Source of the DNA: Macrostomum lignano
Lineage: Eukaryota
Reading direction: 5' to 3'
DNA: 64,000 nt
Assembly: GCA_002269645.1 (NCBI GenBank)
Contig: NIVC01003081.1
Location: 123,710-187,709 of the forward strand
The notes below the pieces were generated by a model. The model made no database searches. It was not told the DNA's origin and saw only the letters and a list, made by a program, of their open reading frames with translations. Position 1 is the first letter of the stretch. The number at the start of each line of letters is the position of its first letter. Made by a program: the position numbers and the translations under genes. This document shows, piece after piece, positions 1 through 14,038 of the stretch.

Positions 1-1718
1 ACCGCGAAAAATTGCCCGACTCTGCGTATAATGCCACTTGGCGCCTGGCGACACTAGCGAGCCAGCATTGGACGTTGGCACCTTGGGTCGGATTGGCAGT
101 CGACGCTGATCTCGCGGCACTTCAGCCTCGGACAGGGCGGGCTTCGGCTTCCAGTTCACACGCCAATGCCACAGATAGGGTGCAGCCAGGCAGCGGCTGG
201 GCTGGCGACCAAAATTATCAACTACTACAGCTGAGGATAGGCGCTGCCGCCACATTATGCTACTTATAGTAGGCATGCATGAAAATTCAAGTAGCTTATT
301 TAGCATTTATAAAGCTTCATTTGCCTCTGCTTTACTATCCAAAACATGGTGCTGAGTGATACCCTGGCTTCAAAACTTTAATTCCAGTGTCTCAATGTCT
401 TTTATGGTGCAACAGTGCTCTGAATTGTGCCTCCTTGTGTGCAATCACATTGCAGTTTAGTGCAAGCAGTTACAAAAAATGTACAATTGTTGCTGCTTGC
501 ACAGGTATGCAATTTTTATGTCAAAAATCTATACTGGCCTATATCATTGTCATTGATGCCAATGGTTTATCATGCCATTTTAGTTAGCTTTTAGTATACA
601 AGTTTAAAAGAAAATGTCAAAGGTCTGACTGTCAGTTCCTAGACATTTTGTCAACTATTATACCTTATATTGGTCACTTTGTTATGCACTAATAAATGTA
701 AAGCTTGGTCACTTTGTCATCTATTAATCTTAATGAACTCACCATGTGAATAGGATTGTAAGATGAAAGTGAGGGGAGATGCGCAGTGTCTAGATTCTAT
801 ACAAAAACAAGTAAATGTAAACTTATTGCTATTGCTAAAAATGAGAACTTGCTACCTTTTTGTAATGATTTACATGATACAAAATTGCCATTGAAGTGAT
901 TGCAAAATGAAATATCACCCTCTCACTTTAATTATCTAACTAGAGCCCCCAATACAATTTTAAACAAATTCACTATTTGAAGGATTATAGACCTATTATG
1001 AAAGTGAATAGTGTAGTTCTTATTGATTCCCATAAATATACTTTCTGGCAATGGTATACATGGTATTAAAGATTAGTCTATAGATTGTACAGGTAATGAA
1101 TTGACCAGGTTTGCCTGTCTAGTCCCTTCATTATTACTTAGCATTCCTAGCAATAAACAATAGGCCTACAAAAATTTGGGTGAATAGGCCCTACAATGCT
1201 ACATTATTTAAGATGACATAGTAGATGACAAAGTGTCTAGGAGCCTTTTCATTAAAAAATAAAATGTGATATATTATTAATATTATTATAAGGCCTGACA
1301 AATGATCTGTAGATTATTCTTAAAGTACTATATAAAAGTATAACAAACTTAATTAAAAAATAAATAAGAATGACTAATTTTCCAAAACAACCTATTTTAA
1401 ATGAGATTTTAATAATTACACTATGAAAACTTGGCTTATGACCTATCTATATAAATATAATAGCTTGACTTTGACTATGCCTACACCATATAGCTACAAT
1501 TCCTTGACAATAATAACAGGCTGACATAATGTCAACATTAAAACATGAGTTGTACTAATTAAAAAAATTCTAGCAAAGTATAAATTAATTCCAGCAGAAT
1601 GAAAAAATTCTAGCAAAGCGTACTGCGTACAGCAATCCTGCGTCCATTTTCATATTGACACATTATTTTTTTAATAACATGTCAGACCCTCAGACAGTAT
1701 TTAATTTTTAGTCTAAAT

Positions 1719-1990
1719 GGGTGCGTTCGAGTGACTTAAAATGACTTAAACTGCCATTTTAACGTCCTTAGTAAAACAAATGTTAAGCAGACTAAATGTT
1801 CAGGTTGAGTTGGAAGAAGTATAGGCGACGTTTTTTAATCTTAGACCGGTTTTAGAAATTGAATTAATTCTTAATTGTAATTTGACTATCATTTACCTAG
1901 ATTATTTTTACATTTAGTCTGCTTAACATTTGTTTTACTAAGGACGTTAAAATGGCAGTTTAAGTCATTTTAAGTCACTCGAACGCACCC
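1719..1990. mobile_element. PIF/Harbinger (Tourist-like) MITE
   Basis: ~80-bp near-perfect terminal inverted repeats (GGGTGCGTTCGAGTGACTTAAAATG... / ...CATTTTAAGTCACTCGAACGCACCC), flanked on both sides by AAT (3-bp TSD); no ORF. Confidence 0.85.
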
Positions 1991-3789
1991 AATGCATGTA
2001 TTTCTAAGAAAATTTATTATGAAATATTGACAACCTCCAAAATAATTTTGAGTTACTGCTAGGCTTTCAAAGTGAAGTAATATTTTAAAAGTAAAAAACC
2101 GAGCCTTAAATAACAGACATTTAGTTTTTTGTTTTACCTGATGTTTACTTTGTATATCTTAGAAAGTTAGTTTTTTAACTTGCAGAAAATAGAAATACAA
2201 TGTTCATCTGTACAGTTAGTTAAGTTAAGTCCTGTAAAAAAACTAACTTCAAATAATTACGTCTAAGTCTAACCAACCTATTATTTTAAGGTCCGGTCTA
2301 ATTTTTTGTTTTTGAGCTGCATACTCTTTCGTTATTCTTACCCTTGTTGATAAGTAGCTTTCAGTTGATATTATACCTTACTTGCGAGGATGCTTGTAAG
2401 TTATTTTTTAATATTTTTTTACTTTCAAAAGCCGCAAGGCATTTTTTCTATTGCTGCATAAGTCTATCAATGTTAGCACTGATGCCACTCTTTGTTGTGG
2501 CAGCCATTCTTTCGTGATAAGCCTCATTGACTTCCTCTTTGCTGCTAAAACATTGCCATTGGCCTTGCCAGACTCCAGAGGGTTAGGGGGGCTTACATGT
2601 ATGCCCATACATGCCCAACTTCAAAATTTCACCTGTCTGGTGTGACAGTTTTGTCCAGATTTGCAACTTAGTTTCTCCCAATTGTGACTTAGTTTCTCCC
2701 AATTGCAACTTAGTTCTTCCCAATGGCAATTGCGACTTGATTTTCATTTTGTAGGCCTATATGACTTTTCTTGCCTTTTTCTCTTTTCTTCTCTTTTTCT
2801 TTCCTCTTTCCCTTCTCTCTCTTCTCCCTCCTTTCTTTTCCTTTTCTCTTCCTTTCCTTTCTTTCTTCCCCTAATTTTACATTTTTTGTGTTTTTGATTT
2901 TGCAACTTACCTTGGCCAGTGGCCATTTCACCCATCTGGTTTGGATGGGTCAGATTGGTGTTAGGCATGTATGTGTACGCTAGAAAATTCCAGCATACAA
3001 ATAACCCTTTCAAAGTTGGCGTACAAACTTTGGTGCACAAATTGATGCCATTTTTTGGCATAGGCCTACCAATTTGGTGAATAAATTCATGCCATGACAT
3101 AGTTAGATCATGCTAGGTGCACACCAGAACAAAAATTGAATAATTACAAATGCACGCCAAAAAAATTTAGTGCACGCCCATTCTTAAAAGTATGCTGGTG
3201 TTGCGACAATAAATGACCTTTTTTACATTGTGACAATTAAAGACCTTTTTTAAATAGTGTAATAATTATAAAAAATTTTTATTGCTTTTAAAGCTTTTTT
3301 GGCAATACTATTTATAGTGGAAAGTTTATACACACAAAGATTTGTTTAAATACTCTTTTATGAGCTAGAAAAAACTGGAAAGCTTGAAATTTGCACCTAA
3401 AAATGAACTTTTTTTCATCTTTTTTCTACTTTACAATAACTCTTACGCGTGATTCTATAAAGTGCACACCAGGTGTGCATGCATACTTTTTTCTTAGGAG
3501 TGATGCACGCAAACTATGCATGCCTAATTTTGGTATGCAAGGCCAATGCATGCCCAAATTTTCGGGCATATACTACATGATCCGGAATGTGGATGCCATG
3601 TATGAAAATTGTAATGTAAATTAACATTTTTACATAAAATAAAGGAAATTTTGTAGTCTAAAAAGTCAGTGATAAACTTTTTGCTTCCTTAAAATTAACA
3701 AATGACCTTTTTAGGCAGAATTTCTGGTGTACATTGGCATACATTTAGCTAAGATAGGATTCTTGTTCTAGCATACAATATTACACAAT

Positions 3790-4700
3790 CCGGACCCTGG
3801 TGGCCTTGCATTGTCTCCTTGATACTGGGGAAGAGGAAAAGTTGCACAGGCTAAGATCTAGCAAATAAGGGGGATATAAAAGAATTTTCAAGCCCTATAA
3901 AGGGATGGCTTCAATCATTGATTTCTTGCAATGTAGAACAATGTCTTGCAGTAGAATTAGGTCCTAGGCATGTAAGCTTGGCCTTTTGTCACTCTTTGCA
4001 CCTTGCGCAGCATTTCCAAATAATAGTCACCATTGACTATTCTGCTGAGAAGAATAGCCTGATTGAAGATGATGCCCTTGCAAACAAAGAATGTCACATG
4101 CATGGTTTTCTGCTAAGCAATGCTCTTTGCAGCCTTTATTGGCCTTGGAAAACCAGGCTGGCACCAAGATACGCTCTGCCATTCAGTTTAGCCTTCTACA
4201 AAAAAGTCTAATTCTTATTATAAGCTACAATTCTCTGAAAAAAACTAAATCCTCTTGCGCCTGTGTCTTAGCAGATAAGCTACACTAAGAGTTGTGCAGC
4301 AGAGCTTCTACTCGTTTTATAGGATATAAACAACAAATTTGAGAGAATCTTCAAGACTCCAAGATCTTCAGTTAGCAATATATAGATTGTGTTTAGAGAT
4401 ATGCAAGTAGACTCAGCCAGCTGACAAGAGGTGACATGGTGATCCTCTTATAAAGCAGCTTCTACCTTCTGCACCAACTATGGTGCACTTCTCGTTAAAC
4501 AAGGCCTACTTTGAGGTTTATCTTGAATGTCTTCTTTGCTGTCAAGAACATTTGCCATCTAGTGACAAACAGTGTCATATGATAAACAAGAGTCTGCCTT
4601 GGCTCAATGCATGATTTTGTATGGCTCTTTTAGAGATAGCCAAAGCAAGGCATGGAACTTGATACTGGTTTGTTCATCTTCTTTAGAGAAGCTTTTTTGC
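3790..4700 (-). pseudogene. Decayed mariner (Tc1/mariner) transposase; coordinates approximate
   Basis: Manual minus-strand translation through stops and frameshifts gives mariner motifs in the correct order: SKEDEQTSIKF...CLSYDTV; EDHHVTSCQLAESTCISLNTIYILLTEDLG (HTH); FQRIVAYNKN* (cf. RIVTGDETW); KTMHVTFF..KGII...NGDYYLEML; ILLYPPYLLDLSLCNF (cf. HPPYSPDLAPCDF). Confidence 0.8.
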
Positions 4701-7201
4701 AAAATGGAGGTATTCATAATAGGACTTGTAAAATTTCTGCTATAAAGCTAGGTTTTGAGATTTTAATGTTTAGTATATTTTAAGCCAAATTTTGCCCTCT
4801 AAGGCAGTTGGAAGATCTAGATATCTGAAATCTGGATATCTTATTCTTTAAGAATAGATTGAATTCTCCCAACATTGGGGCTACTTCTAAGTCCCCATGT
4901 ACTACTCAAAATAAGTAATACAAGAGCAAATAATATTCTAAGGCTGATTAGATTTCTTTTCCAAATAGAATAACTGGAGAGATACTAAGCAAGTTGCAAT
5001 TATAAGAACATTTATTGTTCAATTAGAGACAAAGACAATTTTTTTGACTAGGCTATCAGTTGGCCCCTATTTATAGTAAAATTTCTCTTTACTTTTTTAA
5101 ACAAAACAATGGAAATAAAATATATAAAATATGCAAAATATTTCAAATCTTTCAAATCAAAATCTTTCAAATATTTCAAATATTTCAAAATATTTCAAAT
5201 AAGTTAAAATAAAACATTGTTTATTGTTTATAAAAGTATATAAAATCTGAAAGTATTGACCAACTTTTTTAGCTTTTGTTTTAATCTATGCTTTATTGAT
5301 TTTTTAGCACTAACTGCACTTTAGCTAATATTGATAAACATAGACCTTGGTGCACAAATTTGTAATTTAGCTTCATGTATATGCACACAAAAAATATGCT
5401 AAAGTATATATTCCCACATGTGACATTTTCCTAAGTATGTCTTTCTTCCTAACTCCTAACTTTGTAATACATGGTTGGGCTGAAATAAGATTTTGGGGTA
5501 AAAAAATGCCCAATAAAATGGCCACTGCAGTGTGATAGAGGAACATCTCAGTTACCAAGGAAATGTTTTCCTAAAATGAAATCGGTTTGTCCTGACCAGT
5601 TATGCCCAATTATTAGGCACTTCCTTCGTGTGAAATCACATAAAAACTGATTTTATGAGCTGTGTTAAAATCTGTAGCTATTTATTATCAATATATATTA
5701 GTATTAGTTATAGAAAGTGAGCACTTTATAGTAATGTAGTTTATATATTATTAGTACTCAAAAATGAAAAGAAGAAAAATCGAAATATCCAGCATTTCCT
5801 TAATACCCTTGCCAATAAAACAGGTGGTCAATCAGGCCCCCAGAGTTAGTATAGAAGACAACTGTTCATGACTCTTTGGCATCCTTGGCAACTTTGTGTG
5901 TCAAGTCCCTTGCATTAAAAAACTCCTGCAGCTCCTAGTCAAAATCTCATAACTTTGACATCAATCCGACATTCGACATTGATAGCGCTGTGAGTTTGAT
6001 CTGTCTGCCGCCAAGTCCAAGAGTATCAAATTGGGGGCGTGAGTTTTTTTGCCTACAGCTGCCATCTAACAGTGACAGTCATGTGTTGAGGACTGTGGGT
6101 AGCCAGTGAGGCCGAAGCAGATACCCCCACTGCACATTTGCTCTTAACTACGTCAGTCGAGAATGAATCTCCGCACCATGTTCATCCAGAGAAGCTTAGA
6201 GATTGCTTCTTCTTAGCGTTTTGGTACACTGATGAGTAGTTCCTCAATCCACGCGTGAATGGCAGTGCTGGCAGATTGTCACAGGCTGCACAAGTGGCAG
6301 TGGGTTGTCATCATTGGTAGGTGGCTTGCCATGGGGATGCACGCTGACCCTCCACAATCCAAGACCCTGGCCAATTGGAGTCGACTTGGCAATCCAGCAT
6401 TGGCTGCACTTGCACAGTGGCAATGACCAAGTAAGGTTTGTTACCTGGATGGGTGAGGAGTTAAAGAAAGCATCATCTTTGAAGCCTATTGGCGACACTG
6501 TTCTGGAGTGCATCAGAAAGTTCTATCTTCCTGATTGTGACTACAATGATAAGCGACTACCTGTAGCACTGTGTGCATTGCCAAGTTCTGTTAGAAATTT
6601 CTTGGGTACAGTTTTGAAATGCTCATAATTTTTGGCAGACAAATGGTATTGCTGTGAAATTTTATGCTAAAATGAAACAAAGCTAAAAAGAAGTCGAGAA
6701 TATAGGTAAAATTTTACTTTATTTAACCAATCCTGCTTTTCACAGTGATCATAGTCTATAAATGTTTTGCAACACTTCCCGTATTATATATTTAATTTAA
6801 ATAGTATAGATAAGCTGTTTGACAATTGACACAAACAAAAAAGTTTTCTTTCTATATTGATAATTGTTATGTATTCTACTTCAAAAATGATTACAGCCTC
6901 AAGGCTATCGTTGGACATAAAAGTATAAGTCCCTAGCCTAGACAATAGACATGCAGAGAGAAATTAGAGTTCGTTTTAGTCTTTTGCCTATGCACAACAA
7001 TAATGCAATATCCTGACTAGCGCCAAGGCCAAAATATACGCCTAATGTAATTGAAAATATCCCTGTAAGCAATGATAGCATATTATAGTCTGTGAGAATA
7101 TGCCTAATGATAAGTGTGAGAGAAGTAGACTTAGAATACAGCACAATCATTTAGAATCCGACACTACAAGGCCAGATTTCTGGTTATATTCTGTCCCTCA
7201 G

Positions 7202-10200
7202 GAGGAAGTGGATCACCAAGTGGACCTATCGGATGGTCCCAGCGACAATGGCGCCAGCAAAGACCAACGCTCCGACACAGTCGACCTAAACGGCACCGAC
7301 CTGAAAGTGGACATTTCCGACGCATTAAGCGAAAAAGAGCGCGTGAAATTCACTGTGAGAACTGTCACTACTCTGGTGCCGAGATTTGCTCAGCCGGAGT
7401 TCTCCGTAGTTCGAACTCACGAAGAATTCGTCTGGCTAGCCGACCGACTGGCTGAGAATGTCGACTATGCTGGGATAATTATCCCACCAGTGCCGCCTAC
7501 TCCGGATTTTTCCACTTCCCGCGAGAAACTGGCTCGGTTGGGTGATGGCGAGGGCACAATGACTAGGGAGGAGTACGACAAGATGAAGTCGGAGCTTGAA
7601 GCGTGAGTTGAATGCAGTGTACTGAGCTTCTTGTATTTAGCATTAGACGCTAGTTTTTAGCGCTCCTGCGGATGAATATCGCGTTTTGGTGTTTTTCGGC
7701 GTCTTTGGCGTTATTTGGCGCCAATATTGGTGTCATTTGGCGCGTTATTGGTGTCATTTAGCGCCACTATTGGTGTCATTTAGCTCCACTATTGGTGTCA
7801 TTTAGCGCCATTATTGTTGCCATTTGGCGCCACTATTGGTGTCATTTAGCTCCACTATTGGTGTCATTTAGCTCCACTATTGGTGTTATTTATTTAGCTC
7901 CACTATTGGTGTCATTTAGCGCCATTATTGGTGTCATTTAGCGCCACTATTGGTGTCATTTAGCTCCACTATTGGTGTCATTTAGCGCATTATTGGTGTC
8001 ATTTAGCGCATTATTGGTGTCATTTAGCGCATTATTGGTGTCATTTAGCGCATTATTGGTGTCATTTAGCGCATTATTGGTGTCATTTAGCGCCACTATT
8101 GGTGTCATTTAGCTCCACTATTGGTGTCATTTAGCGCCACTATTGGTGTCATTTAGCTCCACTATTGGTGTCATTTAGCGCCATTATTGGTGTCATTTAG
8201 CGCCACTATTGGTGTTATTTATTTAGCGCCATTATTGGTGTTATTTATTTAGCGCCACTATTGGTGTTATTTATTTAGCGCCACTATTGGTGTCATTTAG
8301 CGCCATTATTGGTGTCATTTAGCGCCACTATTGGTGTTATTTATTTAGCGCCACTATTGGTGTCATTTAGCGCATTATTGGTGTCATTTAGCGCCACTAT
8401 TGGTGTCATTTAGCTCCACTATTGGTGTCATTTAGCGCCATTATTGGTGTCATTTAGCGCCACTATTGGTGTTATTTATTTAGCGCCATTATTGGTGTTA
8501 TTTATTTAGCGCCACTATTGGTGTCATTTAGCGCCATTATTGGTGTCATTTAGCGCCACTATTGGTGTCATTTAGCGCCACTATTGGTGTCATTTAGCGC
8601 CACTATTGGTGTCATTTAGCGCCATTATTGGTGTCATTTAGCGCCACTATTGGTGTTATTTATTTAGCGCCATTATTGGTGTCATTTAGCGCCACTATTG
8701 GTGTCATTTAGCGCATTATTGGTGTCATTTAGCGCCACTATTGGTGTCATTTAGCTCCACTATTGGTGTCATTTAGCGCCATTATTGGTGTCATTTAGCT
8801 CCACTATTGGTGTCATTTAGCTCCACTATTGGTGTCATTTAGCTCCACTATTGGTGTCATTTAGCGCCATTATTGGTGTCATTTAGCGCCACTATTGGTG
8901 TTATTTATTTAGCGCCATTATTGGTGTTATTTATTTAGCGCCACTATTGGTGTCATTTAGCGCCACTATTGGTGTCATTTAGCGCCATTATTGGTGTCAT
9001 TTAGCGCCACTATTGGTGTCATTTAGCGCCACTATTGGTGTCATTTAGCGCCACTATTGGTGTCATTTAGCGCCATTATTGGTGTCATTTAGCGCCACTA
9101 TTGGTGTTATTTATTTAGCGCCATTATTGGTGTTATTTATTTAGCGCCACTATTGGTGTTATTTATTTAGCGCCACTATTGGTGTTATTTATTTAGCGCC
9201 ACTATTGGTGTTATTTATTTAGCGCCACTATTGGTGTTATTTATTTAGCGCCACTATTGGTGTCATTTAGCGCCATTATTACTGTTATTAGACTCCTGCG
9301 ATTTCATTTTGTGAATTTTTACCCCTGAAAGCGACTTTGCTTTTTTGCGTTAACTTTATAATTATGCAAATTTATTTAAATCAAATTCAGGTAAAGTGAA
9401 AACGGTATATATCCAATTTCGTAAAGGTTTACGCAAACCTTCAAGTTACCTTATTAGCCTACAGTCTGCAGTTTCCTACGAACGACTAAATAGGTAAGGT
9501 AGGGCCAGTCTGAAGTGTCTTTTTTAATTTACAATATAATATTCCCTTAGTAAAGTTATTTTAACAACATATCGTCGTCAAGTTACTTCGACTAATACGA
9601 TTAAAGTTAATACACGTATTGTAGTTAGTTTTTGTTTTCAATTTCAGTAAATTTTGTCAATTTAATATGGTATTTTGAGTATGGAAATTTTTTTATATAA
9701 AACTACTGTTAGTAGACTATGCGAATTTCAAAATCTATAATTATTCTTTTATTTAAATTTTTAGAGAGTACCTGGCCACATTCAAGAAGACAGTTGCTAT
9801 GCACGAAGTTTTCCTTCGTCGAATTGCCGAACATCCAAAGTTACGCGAGGATGAAATTTTTAAAGTGTTCCTTGAGTACAAGGAAGATGTGAGTTGACGC
9901 CAATATTCCAGCTATCGTCTAATTGCTATATTTGACAAATATATCTTGATAATTACCCTTGGCCTTATCTAGCTTAGCCGTTGGAGCCCTTTAAGTTCCA
10001 ACGTACACACCGCCTGACAGACCGACCCCAATGTACACACAGCCTCAGACACCAACCCCAATGTACACACACAGCCTCAGACACCAACCCCAATGTACAC
10101 AAACAGCCTCAGACACCAACCCCAATGTACACACAGCCTCAGACACCAACCCCAATATACACACAGCCTCAGCCACCAACCCCAATCTACACAAACAGCC

Positions 10201-13200
10201 TCAGACACCAACCCCAATGTACACACAGCCTCAGACACCAACCTCAATGTACACAGCCTCACAGACCAACCCCAATGTACACTCAGCCTCACAGACCAAC
10301 CCCAATGTACACACAGCCTCAGACACCAACCCCAATGTACACTCAGCCTCAGACACCAACCCCAATGTACACTCAGCCTCACAGACCAACCCCAATGTAC
10401 ACTCAGCCTCACAGACCAACCCCAATGTACACTCAGCCTCACAGACCAACCGTAATGTACCCTCGCTAACCCATCGATCATCGGTTATCTTTCAGCTTAA
10501 CGTCCGCGGCAAGAACAAGAAAGAAAAAGTTCAAGGCTTCCTCAAAAGCGGCTGGAAAACTGTCGATGACGTCATACTGTCAGCTCAAAAAGAGAAAGAC
10601 GAATTTTTCGAGGGCCAGAAAAAGTTCATCACGTCCTATTATAGTCACCTGAAAACCACTCTGGCCGATGCGGACAGAATGAACAGATTTCATAAAAGTG
10701 AGATGTCATTTTAATTTTGCCTAATTTAACTGATTAATGCGTGATACAAATAACATTTTGAGATGATTCTCTCTGACTTTGCAGACACGGCCGATGCTTA
10801 TATTCGAGTTTCCAGCACAGTTCAGGACTGCTCAAGAATGGAACGGGACAAATGTCTTGCTGAGTGAGTTTAAATCATGCTTGGGCGCAACCTTGGGATT
10901 CACCCGGCCGTTTCTATTGGCAACACACATGTATGTCGCTATTGCACAGAATAGTAGTCACGTGACTGCTCTCAGCCAATAGCGACTTACATGTGTGTTG
11001 CCAATAGAAACGGCCGAGTGAATCCCAAGGTTGCGCACGTATGGTTTAAATGGGTACCCAAATGAATGCAGAATTTACCCAGATGGGTGTGCAGAATCTA
11101 CCCAGATAGGTGTTCAGAATCTACTCAGATGGGTGAAGAATCTACCCAGATGAATGCAGTATCTACCCAGATGAATGCAGTATCTACCCAGATAAATGCA
11201 GAATCTACCCAGATAAATGCAGAATCTACCCAGATGAATGCAGTATCTACCCAGATAAATGCAGAATCTACCCAGATGAATGCAGTATCTACCCAGATAA
11301 ATGCAGAATCTACCCAGATAAATTCAGTATCTACCCAGATAAATGCAGAATCTACCCAGATAAATGCAGAATCTACTCAGATGAATGCAGTATCTACTCA
11401 GATGAATGCAGTATCTACTCAGATAAATGCAGAATCTACCCAGATGGGTGTTCAGAATCTACCCAGATAAATGCAGAATCTACCCAGATAAATGCAGAAT
11501 CTACCCAGATAAATGCAGAATCTACCCAGATAAATGCATAATCTACCCAGATAAATGCAGAATCTACCCAGATGAATGCAGTATCTACCCAGATGAATGC
11601 AGTATCTACCCAGATAAATGCAGAATCTACCCAGATAAATGCAGAATCTACCCAGATGAATGCAGTATCTACCCAGATAAATGCAGAATCTACCCAGATG
11701 AATGCAGTATCTACCCAGATGAATGCAGAATCTACCCAGATAAATGCAGAATCTACCCAGATAAATGCATAATCTACCCAGATAAATGCAGAATCTACCC
11801 AGATGAATGCAGTATCTACTCAGATAAATGCAGAATCTACCCAGATGGGTGTTCAGAATCTACCCAGATAAATTCAGTATCTACCCAGATAAATGCAGAA
11901 TCTACCCAGATGAATGCAGTATCTACCCAGATAAATGCAGAATCTACCCAGATGGGTGTTCAGAATCTACCCAGATAAATGCAGAATCTACCCAGATAAA
12001 TGCAGAATCTACCCAGATAAATGCAGAATCTACCCAGATAAATGCATAATCTACCCAGATAAATGCAGAATCTACCCAGATGAATGCAGTATCTACCCAG
12101 ATGAATGCAGTATCTACCCAGATAAATGCAGAATCTACCCAGATAAATGCAGAATCTACCCAGATGAATGCAGTATCTACCCAGATAAATGCAGAATCTA
12201 CCCAGATGAATGCAGTATCTACCCAGATGAATGCAGAATCTACCCAGATAAATGCAGAATCTACCCAGATAAATGCATAATCTACCCAGATAAATGCAGA
12301 ATCTACCCAGATGAATGCAGTATCTACTCAGATAAATGCAGAATCTACCCAGATGGGTGTTCAGAATCTACCCAGATAAATTCAGTATCTACCCAGATAA
12401 ATGCAGAATCTACCCAGATGAATGCAGTATCTACCCAGATAAATGCAGAATCTACCCAGATGGGTGTTCAGAATCTACCCAGATAAATGCAGAATCTACC
12501 CAGATAAATGCAGAATCTACCCAGATAAATGCAGAATCTACCCAGATAAATGCAGAATCTACCCAGATAAATGCAGAATCTACCCAGATAAATGCAGAAT
12601 CTACCCAGATGAATGCAGAATCTACCCAGATAAATGCAGAATCTACCCAGATAAATGCAGAATCTACCCAGATAAATGCAGAATCTACCCAGATAAATGC
12701 AGAATCTACCCAGATGAATGCAGAATCTACCCAGATAAATGCAGAATCTACCCAGATAAATGCAGAATCTACCCAGATAAATGCAGAATCTACCCAGATA
12801 AATGCAGAATCTACCCAGATAAATGCAGAATCTACCCAGATAAATGCAGAATCTACCCAGATAAATGCAGAATCTACCCAGATAAATGCAGAATCTACCC
12901 AGATAAATGCAGAATCTACCCAGATGAATGCAGAATCTGCCCAGATGAATGCAGAATCTGCCTAGATGAATGCAGAATCTGCCTTGATTAATCGCCAGCC
13001 TATTTAACTTTAAATACTGGAGCGACACTTCCTATCTTCTTCCTTCCAGTTTTCTATTTCACTACGGCGAATTCTGCGAGAAGTACCGCAAACTGGAGGG
13101 CCGACAGGCCTCCGACAGCGACCTGAAGCTGGCGGACACTCTGCACTATTACGTGTCGGACTGCACCAGCGCCAAGGACCTCATGTACCGTCGTTCTCGC

Positions 13201-13463
13201 GCCCTAGCCGACTACGAGACCGCTAACAAGGAGCTGGAGAAGGCTCGAACCAAGAATAAAGCAGTGAAGAAGGCCGAGGATGACCAGGAGGCCGCCTACG
13301 CCAGGTTCACCGCCATCTCCGAGTCCGGCCGGGCCGAGCTCACCGAGTTTAAGAAGCGCTGGGTGGCTTATTTTCATCGGAGCCTAGTTGAGCACACCGA
13401 GCTGCAGATTAAACACGCCAAGGTGAGTATGCTGTCTGTCTGTCTGTATGTATGTCTGTCTGC

Positions 13464-13534
<71 letters not shown>

Positions 13535-13558
13535 GTGTCTCTGTCTGTCTGTCTGTCA

Positions 13559-13623
<65 letters not shown>

Positions 13624-13641
13624 CCTTAGTGTCTGTCTGTC

Positions 13642-13681
<40 letters not shown>

Positions 13682-13699
13682 CCTTAGTGTTTGTCTGTC

Positions 13700-13739
<40 letters not shown>

Positions 13740-13745
13740 CCTTAG

Positions 13746-13795
<50 letters not shown>

Positions 13796-13801
13796 CCTTA
13801 G

Positions 13802-13855
<54 letters not shown>

Positions 13856-14038
13856 CCTTAGTGTCTGTCTGTCTTTGTCTGTCTGTGATTTCGTGTATCC
13901 TTTTACATTTTTGTGTTCAGTTGTCTTATAACTTGAATGTTCTTACTTTATCGTTTGTGCTCTCCGCAATTGGCACACAAATTTCAGAACCAAGCCCAAC
14001 TGCTTCGCCAAAGCATTGAGCAGCTCAAGCGTCTCTGA
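7202..14038 (+). CDS. SNX6: Sorting nexin 5/6 (PX-BAR); exons 7202-7602, 9765-9888, 10496-10697, 10785-10863, 13050-13422, 13988-14038 (~409 aa plus an initiator Met not located)
   Basis: [82 protein letters not shown] match SNX5/6; all junctions GT-AG with consistent phases. Confidence 0.93.
7725..9280. repeat. 22-bp minisatellite (TTGGTGTCATTTAGCGCCACTA, with 21- and 26-bp variants) in SNX6 intron
   Basis: Direct tandem array visible in sequence. Confidence 0.95.
10010..10455. repeat. ~30-bp minisatellite (ACACAGCCTCAGACACCAACCCCAATGTAC) in SNX6 intron
   Basis: Tandem array; explains the repetitive ORFs at 9981-10714. Confidence 0.95.
10870..11050. mobile_element. Palindromic hairpin/MITE-like element immediately after a SNX6 splice donor
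   Basis: GCGCAACCTTGGGATTCACCCGGCCGTTTCTATTGGCAACACACATGT...ACATGTGTGTTGCCAATAGAAACGGCCGAGTGAATCCCAAGGTTGCGC; central GTCACGTGAC; TTAA at both ends. Confidence 0.7.
11064..12985. repeat. 21-bp minisatellite (AAATGCAGAATCTACCCAGAT) with 508-bp higher-order periodicity
   Basis: Tandem array; identical ORF translations start at 11427 and 11935 (508 bp apart) and a third similar start lies at 12443. Confidence 0.95.
13432..13885. repeat. (TCTG)n microsatellite in last SNX6 intron
   Basis: Direct reading. Confidence 0.95.

Noticed and set aside
12-269. GC-rich 85-aa ORF at the window start
   Set aside because: Non-ATG start, no recognisable motif or splice context.
6305-6628. IRKFYLPDCDYNDKRLPVALCA resembling a Chapaev/Transib-type N-terminal zinc finger
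   Set aside because: Only a short partial motif that needs a frameshift; no transposase core nearby; cannot be supported without a search.
9981-13028. Long repetitive ORFs (PTPMYTQ, NAESTQI, CRIYPDK, GRFCIYL)
   Set aside because: Translations of intronic minisatellites, open in several frames and strands; they lie inside well-supported SNX6 introns.
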